From Perkinsus chesapeaki ATCC PRA-425 (lineage: Eukaryota > Protista > Perkinsozoa), in NCBI GenBank assembly GCA_013115145.1, contig JAAPAO010000237.1, forward strand, positions 1 to 48,924: 48,924 nt of DNA, in the 5' to 3' direction. Of the stretch, positions 35,001 to 42,768 are shown one piece after another. Below the pieces are notes generated by a model. The model was not told the origin of the DNA. It made no database searches and worked only from the letters and a program-made list of their open reading frames with translations. A program made the translations under genes and the position numbers. Position 1 is the stretch's first letter. Each line of letters starts with the position of its first letter.

Positions 35001-38000
35001 GAGAACAGCAACCACATTGGCGGTGCCATTGAGCAGATTATTAGTGTAATTATCGCGCAGGATGAGCAACGCTGGCTCGTACGTTCCAGCTACATAAGTT
35101 CCTCTTGCGTAGTAGACCTCACAGTTCTTAGGGTCAACACTACCGGGCATGACATCAATTTGGAACGGTCCCTGGACCAGCTCAGCGCTCGTATTGAGCG
35201 CTCTGTGACGTGACACGTCGACCTTATCAACCCTTACCGAAAGTGTTCTACCAACGCCGGCTTTGCGTGGTGTTATGATACAGTGATATGCCCCTGACAG
35301 TTGATGTAGGCAGAGGCCGGTGTCATACGGTTCAGGGCCGATAAATATAGACACTTCAACCTGAACAAAGTGACATCATGGAAGGCCACGCTAGAATCCA
35401 CAAATTGAAGAACAATGCACAATAAATCAATGTGAACTACAGTACCTCTTGCGGGCTTGGGATAAAAGACTTTTACGTATGCTTCGTATGCATGACAACC
35501 GGCTTGGACATAACAGAAATTACATACCATTTCATTGGAATGCACAAGAACGTGGCGCGTATCACTTTTCTTTGCACTACCGGCAAATATTATATAGAAG
35601 CTACGCGTTGAAAACTGAATTTTCAAACTGCCCAACTTACCCCTATTGGTGGCTGTGTGATAACGTTACCGTATGCATCCCTAACCTGCAACCTGACACT
35701 ACTGGACACCCCAGCCTGAGCCGTGCTCGGCGGATCAACTGATTGCAGTACACTTGCCGGGCCAAACGGCGACGCAGAATTGGCCTCTCCGACAATTGCG
35801 AACGGCGATCCTTGAATCTGCTCGCCATTGAGCCGGATGTAGAGCTTATTGCTGCCTGCCCGGAGCCCAGCAAATGTGAGATCATAAACACCAGATGTTG
35901 AGGTCGACAATGCCGGTCTTGTGAGCTCGAAGTAACGACCAAAGTCCGCGGTGAGCTGCGGTTCATCGTCCATCAACGAAAGCGAGCTGGTAACGATGTA
36001 ATCCCGCCACTCGCAGTTCAAGCTCAAATTGAAAGATTCTTCCTGGGACCTCTCCACCACATTGCCGTAGACATCCTTTACCGTCACGCGCACCACTTTA
36101 GGAATGCCAGCGGTAAAGTCAACCGCGTTTGATAGGCCCTCGATGACCACCGTCGTCGAGGCTGCTGGCGGCCCTGGCGAAACGGCCAGAGTAGCACCCG
36201 AGTTGGATATCTCCATATTGCTAGACCTTATCGTAACGGTGTACATCCCAGCCTTGGTAACCAAGTAGTGGACGCTATAAAGGCCAACGCTTTCGTCCAA
36301 GGGAGTTGAGACAACCGACACGGTGCTGCCACTGGTGGCCAACTGGACAACAAAAACTGCACCGTTTGAATCTGTCATATTATTTCCCTCCGAATCTTTG
36401 GCTTGAATGTAGAACACACTCGGCAAGCCCGCAGAACTCCGACTGAGCTGGTCTCCGAAAGCCACGCAGTTTTGTGGCAGCAGCGTGCCAACCGTTACAT
36501 CAACAGTGCGAGGCATCGTACTGATGACTGGTGCCCTGTACATCCTGGAGGCCGGAATCGGCTCCTTCACTTGCGAGAATGAACTCCAATAAAGTTTTAA
36601 ATGTGCTTGCCCAGTTAGCTCTCGATACTCGAGCCTAATGTAATGGAACTGTCCCGCAGTAAGGACCGCGCGCCCCCAGAAACCACCGCAGCATACATCC
36701 CACTTGTCGAACAGTAGAACATCATCGACCCATAGTCTGAACGAAAAAGGTGATAATACAAGTATTGTCGGCGGCAAGAGATACTTCGCCGCCGCTCAGT
36801 CTGCATAGTTTTGCTACCAATCAGAACCTCGGTAAATATAACAGCGTAGGGCTTCAATATGCGTAGCCCAATCGACGCTAACGACCTCGCGCTTGAAATT
36901 CCAACGATGAAAAGATACCTGTCTAGTTTTTACCGGAAAAGGCCTTGTATTGTTGAGCTGTTCTTTCGCCGTCCAAGAAGCATATTTCAATTGAAGCTTC
37001 CGACAGTATATCCAATACGTCAAAAATGTATACCACATGTATTCAAGACCGGATGCGGAAGAGTCTATCGATAGAAACCAGAACGCCTACCTTGCATGAT
37101 CATCGGCATCGACGTAAAACGTGTACTCCTCCGAAAACTCAGCCTTGAGGAATCCTGTCCATCGAACAGTAACGAAATCAGCCGCGTGGCCGGTGATGTC
37201 CCCTTGCTCCCAATCGAGTATCTATCAAAGAGGTATGATGTGCTCGATCAAACTCGAACTTGGACTCCTGTGAAGTACACTGGGGATTTTAAATGATGAG
37301 GAGTATAAAGATATCAGCAATCAATGGACTATCATCTGATGCGCGAGATTCTGTGGGGTTGAATTCCATAACAGTAACTTCGATGATCCACGCAGCATGC
37401 CTTCAATGCCCAGCCAGCTGCCCCTCCTCTATCACCATATTAGGCTCCTGTCTCGTCTCGTGGGGTATACCATAAAACCATTGATTATCCCAGTACTGCG
37501 CCTGAAGCCCTCCTTGCTCTAGTGTCCGAATCACCATGGTGTATCTGAAACCACAAGTCCCCAGATAAAGGTGAAAGATGCGGCAATCACACACCTGCCC
37601 GCAATAGTTGGACGGTAAAATATGCTGTACTGACCATTGCCGTTATCTACACTGGAAACTGTTATAGGGGGAGTCCCAACAGGGATAGGATTCGGGGAAC
37701 CAGTGTAGTCAGTGTCGCCGGGAGCCAGGGGAACCTGACAGTCGAGACACCCGGGTTCGAATCCCAGCAGGCACATTTTTGACTTACCTCTATAGTCCCA
37801 GTTATCTCATCAAGCTTGCTCGGATTTAAAAGTCTCAATACGAAGATTCTACTGCCGTATTGAGTGCCCGAGAAGCCATTGGCCTCATCCGCTCCAGACA
37901 GCGGGTCCACCGCTTGCACAATGACCTGAAGTCGTCGTACTCATCAATAAGTCTGGGGGGGGGCTTGTCCGGGATTTCGCCCATAGACGGCTATATGAAG

Positions 38001-39078
38001 TTTATGATGTCCTAGATGAACGGCCTTTCGTGTCGATTCACGGACTCATTTAGCCGACAAAGCGATGTATTGATAGGACCAGGAAATAGGGGCAGCTATA
38101 ATTGTATGATAACGATCTACCCATAATGTTTTACATTCGCTATGCAAATACATTAAATGGTCCATATAGGATGCTACTACTACAGCATTTTATCGTTTGC
38201 CATTACTACGTAGACTTATACCCAACCAGATATATCCTAAACTCTAGATTAGCGAAAGCTATACCGGAGAAAGGAAGTTTCCCCAGCTTTTCAATTCGCG
38301 GATTTTATACAAAGTACTACCTGATGGCTCATCCCAGCCTCCACTGCACTAGCGAAGGAGGACACTGTACTCTCAGGTACAGCAAACATGTTCTTCAGCA
38401 TCACGGTAACTTGGGACGGTATACTGCTGGTGCCGACCCTATTTGTAGCGTATATATTAAACCGATAAGATATGGAACTAGATAGTCCACAGAAGACTTG
38501 TGAATAAAGATTGGGGTTGGGCACGCATGGCAGCACCGTCACGAAGTTGCCGTCGGCGTTCATGTCTCTGGTGGCCGAATAACATGTTATCGGTGATCCT
38601 CTAGGGTCAGGTGCCGACCAAGACAGCCTCACACAGTCGTAGTCATATTTGCTGAACACCGTGTTTTGAACTGTCCATAACGGGGAGCCAGCCGCGGCAT
38701 AGGTCACTATTTCGGATGCCTCACCAGTGACGCTTCCTCCCGAAGACGTCCCTTGACAGTAATAACGACAATTGGAGTCCACTGGGAGACCGGTGGAGGT
38801 AACAGGCGTCCCACAAGCTGTGTCGAGGATCATAGTGAAGCTGTTGCCACCAGCACAGTCGTCGCGGTAGATTCTGCAGGCCGTCGGCGAGCCAGTTGGG
38901 ATAGGATCGACTTTAACCTGAATCAGATGCTTATGGCTACAAGACAACCTGAGTAGTATATTACCTCGAGGGTGCCATTAGACGAACTAACGAGGACTGG
39001 TGGGCTGCATTTGCCGATCGTCTGAGCTCCAGCAACGGCGGCTGCTACTAGGTATGTCAGAGCGCGCAGGGCCAGCAT
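8025..39078 (-). CDS. Giant secreted FN3/filamin/PA14 repeat protein, ~8,500-9,000 aa estimated, many introns
   Basis: ATG 39078 starts MLALRALTYLVAAAVAGA|QT, a signal-peptide-like sequence. The long ORFs 29838-35354, 25004-28576, 19400-24586, 15896-18751 and 13737-15500 join in frame through GT-AG introns that I checked at most junctions (e.g. 28492-28537, 25419-25468, 25249-25297, 19515-19539, 12860-13125, 11956-12198, 10690-10737). The stop at 8025-8027 (..DPSS|DTRYGMS*) is tentative, and exons between 8400 and 9300 are not fully resolved. Confidence 0.8.
8100..19560 (-). repeat. FN3 array 2 (~30 domains by eye)
   Basis: Same FN3 signature in ORFs 15896-18751, 13737-15500, 13049-13717, 12195-12905, 11400-11969, 10690-11127 and smaller 3' exons. 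Confidence 0.85.
10690..10737 (-). other. 48-nt intron resembling a sense tRNA 3' half
   Basis: Splicing restores DIVE|VRACRRMEKPAAP. The intron reads GTAG GAGGCC GCGGG TTCGAAT CCTGG CTACGGT A TTTT GCATATTAG. Confidence 0.7.
19570..25250 (-). repeat. Array of 15 unassigned ~115-125 aa beta-rich repeats
   Basis: Each unit shows SN-x-F-x(3-4)-P, G-x-[YLA]-W-x-x-V, usually two Cys, and Y-x(3)-VY[VL][EDST]-x(4-7)-DG. It lacks the FN3 W/Y spacing of the flanking arrays. Confidence 0.85.
25249..25297 (-). other. 49-nt intron related to 37735-37787
   Basis: Splicing restores PPTFG|GLTSSHTF. The plus strand reads GACAC GCAGG TTCAAAC CCCGG CGACGGC A. It matches the 37735 intron at 28 of the first 44 positions ungapped (hand count). 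Confidence 0.75.
25300..32540 (-). repeat. FN3 array 1 (~21 domains by eye)
   Basis: Recurrent P-x-x-P ... I-x-W ... D-x-GG ... Y-x-V-Y ... GL-x-x-G-x-x-Y-x-F-x-V-x-A-x-N-x-x-G pattern at ~100-aa period. Confidence 0.9.
32584..33000 (-). other. PA14 domain 3
   Basis: GGLNAKYW ... LDWGQG..DNVSMQWDGYIRADYACNYTLHVELDEAAYIWLGD ... IQIAYWDSDGIARFCLSWS ... IPRTNLFH. Confidence 0.8.
34097..34560 (-). other. PA14 domain 2
   Basis: GGLVGEYF ... DFWSARWTGWILPNSTGTHKIHVDADHAVRLKVN ... PIELIYRHSTSRAFVRLSWS ... IPAENLL. Confidence 0.85.
36539..37515 (-). other. PA14 domain 1 (split by introns)
   Basis: GGLQAQYWDNQWF ... LDWEQG..DFVTVRWTGFLKAEFSEEYTFYVDADDHAR|LWVDDVLLFDKW ... HYIRLEYRELTGQAHLKLYWSS ... 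IPASRMY. Confidence 0.85.
37735..37787 (-). other. 53-nt intron resembling an antisense tRNA 3' half
   Basis: Splicing restores GTIE|VPLAPG. The plus strand reads GACAC CCGGG TTCGAAT CCCAG CAGGCAC A TTTTT. Confidence 0.75.
39025..39078 (-). other. Predicted signal peptide of giant protein
   Basis: MLALRALTYLVAAAVAGA: basic residue, hydrophobic core, A-G-A cleavage motif. Confidence 0.8.
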
Positions 39079-39461
39079 AATTCCTCTTCCAGCTTGAATT
39101 GAGAATGGTTAATAGAATAGGTCAGTGAAACCAAGTGAGCCCAACTGAATAAGATACTCTATTAGGTCGACCCAATGACTCTATGTGGATTCATAAATCC
39201 ACGATGGTCCTCACAAAGTAAATTCACATGCGGTGTATAATGTGAATTAGCCTTACACTACTTGTAATATATTAATACTTCTACAATACAACTTCGTATT
39301 CATCCTCAGTCGAATTCCACTGCCACTATCTGAGGCCAATTTTCACTTACTCACTGTCGGAGCCGGACACCGATCCACGAATTTATCGGACCTTGTTTTA
39401 TTATGCGCCGATTGTTCTGGCGTGCGCAGTTTCAACTGCGCACTTTCCCCGGGATTCGTGC

Positions 39462-39481
39462 GTTTCGTTTCCCGTCAACAG
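39462..39481 (+). promoter_or_regulatory. Candidate trans-splice or 5'-UTR acceptor site
   Basis: Pyrimidine tract ending in CAG 12 nt upstream of ATG 39494. A similar site lies 23 nt upstream of ankyrin ATG 7622. Confidence 0.35.
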
Positions 39482-39493
39482 CTTATCCTTCAA

Positions 39494-40326
39494 ATGCTAA
39501 ACGTCCGTTGGGTCTTATCCATTATCGGTATGCTTCCCATCGCTGTAAGCCTAAAGTTCAAAGGCCCAAAGGTCACGGTAAGCTTCTTGCAGCACCCTTT
39601 AGTATCATATAACACTACAAACAACATCTGATGCCCCAATGAACTTTAGGTTCATAATCCATCCCATGGGAGTCTAACAGAGTCTACTCATTATGTGTTT
39701 TGTCAAGTAGCAAAGCCCAAACCGGATGAGCGTGCTGTTATTGGGATTGCCAATGACGAGAGCGTGTCAATCTCTGTGTTTTGTCAAGGCGAAGAACACA
39801 TAAAAATCTATTCTGAGTAAGTGGGTTTACTTAACAAATTAAACTTATTAAACTTACTAAACTTATATTAACTTATTAAAGTAAGTGGGGATCGTTGTTA
39901 TACAGTATTATACCTTTCAGTACACCTAGTCGTAATCAGCCCATTTTATATCCGCTGTAGTGCGCTTAGAACCTTTCATCCTCAAACCGTAACAAATAAA
40001 TACTTGTTTTCATTCGACAATCTAATTCTACTGTGAGTCATTCCTATGTCGTTTCCAGTGACCCAGAGAGTCTCAACGGAGCACTCTCTCAATCTCTCAC
40101 TCCTGAAAAAGGTTGGAGCTTCAAAATCCCGGAGACTCGAAACTCGCAAGGCATGCAAGAGGCATGCGATGCCGTCGTTAAGGATGCGAGGGGAGTGCTT
40201 AAGAAGAGTCATCCTCAAGAAGCCATTGGCTCTTCATGTGTTGGCTGCTCAAAGCCGAAGCCAGAAGCCGCTTTCGTCGACAGCCTATGTGAGCTGGCTC
40301 GTGGGTTGGCACCTGAGAAAAAGTGA
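39494..40326 (+). CDS. Small secreted orphan protein, 196 aa, 4 exons
   Basis: Exons 39494-39577, 39650-39816, 39961-40032 and 40059-40326 splice in frame via GT-AG introns. The product starts MLNVRWVLSIIGMLPIAVS (signal-peptide-like) and ends FVDSLCELARGLAPEKK*. Confidence 0.7.
39816..39889 (+). repeat. AT-rich (aaacttatt)-like tandem flanked by 10-bp direct repeats AGTAAGTGGG
   Basis: Direct repeats at 39816-39825 and 39880-39889, with ~4 degenerate 9-10-mer units between them. Lies at the start of intron 39817-39960. Confidence 0.85.
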
Positions 40327-40824
40327 AATGATTCAACAGACTATATGTGGTAATCAGTGCCCTTCCTTGTTAATTATACTTGTTTATCAATCTTACAACC
40401 ATGTATCGCTGGATGTGTCTTTCGCTTATCTTGTGTTGTAAATGTCCTCTGTAACAGTGCGGGCGGAAATCGGGTGGCTTCTGGAGTCCTAGGAGAGAAG
40501 GGCAGGCTGTGAAAAAGTTTTGGATTCAACCATTGAGGCGTCTAGTATTTATTTCTCCGCCGGATTCAAAGTATAATTCTTTCTACTATCATCACACATA
40601 GGTTGTAAACTCCTATGTTGTTGTCCACCCTCAGTCTACCGGACCATCAACGGCGGTACTCAACCAATCTCATTGACCTCCGGATTACCTCACGGATGAA
40701 CCTGACTACTGTCTTGGCTGAACCATAGGACCGATTGCATTTCGTTTATTCGGTTCGGGAGCGCTCATCGGCGGCATCCGCTAAAAACGTCATGACGTAT
40801 CTTATGTCTTGCTCTTGTTTGTAG

Positions 40825-42308
40825 ATTGAGATCCGCTTTGAATGGTACGTCTCTCAGCCGTTATTATCCTGCAATTGGTCTCTCTGGTCACTAGCAGCTT
40901 CATTTCGAGGTCACATTCCTTCAAGGTAGGTTTGGATGTTCCTGGTTGTGTCGAGGTTGTTCTAGGCCGTCGACACGAGAATACAAGGAGTACCGGGTTA
41001 CTGTGAAGTACTCCTCGGCCAGCATCAACGAGTCGTTTTCCAGCTTTCTTCCAACGATAACACACCCTCCTTCGAGATCATCACTTTAGCTTGCCCTGGC
41101 GACAAGTATGGGGGCCAACACGAGCCGGAGGATTTTATACGGTGAGGGTGTCAAGCAGAAGATTTTGTGTGGTATAGAAACTTAGTTATTGTTCAGGCCT
41201 GTTGGAACTGATGGGAAGTCCATCCTTCTAGACAAGCTTGAGGAGGAGACCATTAAAAAGATACCCGGCAACAAAGCGAAGGGGAAATGTTCGGCCCGAG
41301 CCAAAGCATTATACGAGACAATGAAGAAGGAGAAAGATTTTCCACATAATGCGGATCCGAACGAGGCTTTAGTCGAACACCTGTGCGCTAAGATTCGGGG
41401 AATCTCTAATGAGCTCAATGATAAGCGTTTAGCGCTGGAAGCTCAACTGTCGTCTAGGTTGGCCGAATTGGCAACCCTCGACTCACAGATCCAAGCAATT
41501 GAAGATCCAAGTTCCAAGGCTCGTGGGCTCGACTCGTCGGATGGTGTGAGGAATGAGGATGGGAGGACTCCTTCGAGCTCGAGCCGGTCTCTAAGCGATA
41601 AGGCAAAGCCAAGAAAGTCGAGGTTTCTCTCGGATTTGGGTCCAAACCTACATACTGGCCAATTGTACTCTAGTCAGCCGCAGACATACCGTAGCTTGCG
41701 CAAAGGCGAGACATCGGCTTCAGCTCCTGCCACTGCGGGGCCCCTACCAAAGGTAATCTCTCCCACTGAAACATGTACAGTGACATAACAATTGCTCTTT
41801 AGGATTTCTCTAGGACATGTTCCATTGAACACGAGGGCAGCCGTGTCGAAGTCGAGGTAAAGATTAACCATAAAAACAGCAGTGCCCAAGTACGCTCCCT
41901 CGAATGCAAATACCCGGATGGGCAGCTGATTCAATACGCTCCGTGAGTGCCGTGAAGTACGACTGTCTCGCTGATTGTCCCTCGGTTAGACATGATATAC
42001 CTGGAATCACCCGTATCCCAGTCCTTGCATCTTGGAGGAGTCAGCTCATCAACGACTTCGTTACCGCCAAGAGTATTGACGAACGCTGTGTGATGGTTGT
42101 GAGAGAAGTTTTAATAAAAGATAGGTTGTGGGTTTCTGGGAAGCGCCACTTGAACATTTCACGGGATGCGGGGATTCTCAAGGATCTGTGTAGAAGTGCG
42201 TACAATGAAGTGAGAAAGACACAGAGAGGCAAGCCTGAACAAGTCCATCATCCGAAGCTCTATGAGACTAGAATAGATGATCGTGGTAAAGCTCGGACTT
42301 ACGTTTAG
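40825..42308 (+). CDS. Orphan protein with two copies of the 4-Cys domain and a coiled-coil/low-complexity linker; start unresolved (probably 40400-40790)
   Basis: Exons splice in frame: IEIRFEC|FISRSHSFK|AVDTRIQ...PEDFIR|PVGTDG...GPLPK|DFSRTC...VEVE|CPSTLP...KARTYV*. All junctions are GT-AG with matching phase. Confidence 0.6.
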
Positions 42309-42768
42309 TATCTGTTACCGTGCCAGCGAGGGTCTCTGTACCAATCATACTCGAGTAGGCTTGTGCGAAGATGAGTGCAGCCACCGCACTGAAACTCCCT
42401 TTTTTCTATCAGATGTTGTTGTCATGATGCTCATGTTTATCAATCCTTATCAATTGTTGACTTTGCTGTCCAATGATACCAGACTTGCGTTGTGACTGAC
42501 AATACGATTCTTCTGCTATGAAGGCAGCGGCCCCTTCCTCCTATATCCTTATTTGAGGAGGGCCGCTATGCTGCGGTATGATATTCGTTGTCGTGAGAAG
42601 TTTTCACAATAACGAATCATCAACGTGGCAGTAAAGTAGATTCGACATCCCACAGACTGTCATTAGTATCCCTGATTATAAATCAATTCACTCGGAAATT
42701 ATTGAGCTCGTATCCCACCTCGCTTATGTGGATGGAACCACTGTTAAGCTTGCCAATGTTTATTGCCT

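Larger units (their letters stand above)
32584..38400 (-). other. Filamin-type Ig repeat block (~9 repeats) with three inserted PA14 domains
   Basis: Filamin motifs include IQAKDSEGN, VKDVYGN, VRDAYGN, TVDKFGN and DNGNGQYSIFYRPTIAG. Each PA14 begins at a GGL..Y motif, and the filamin strand resumes after it. Confidence 0.75.

Noticed and set aside
37293-37339. Box C (ATGATGA) and box D (CTGA) pair suggesting a C/D snoRNA
   Set aside because: It is only 47 nt long, antisense to the host intron, and has no terminal stem.
38020-38060. Hammerhead-like string CTAAATGAGTCCGTGAATCGACACGAAA (minus strand, intron)
   Set aside because: The CUGA core is broken, stem II does not abut GAAA, and stems I and III cannot be formed.
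39694-39788. 14-bp direct repeat TGTGTTTTGTCAAG
   Set aside because: Explained by the VFCQ peptide occurring twice in exon 2 of the small secreted gene.
40802-41065. Minus-strand ORF with YRWKKAGKRL resembling a transposase HTH
   Set aside because: It is antisense to well-phased plus-strand exons, and there is no DDE domain or terminal inverted repeat.
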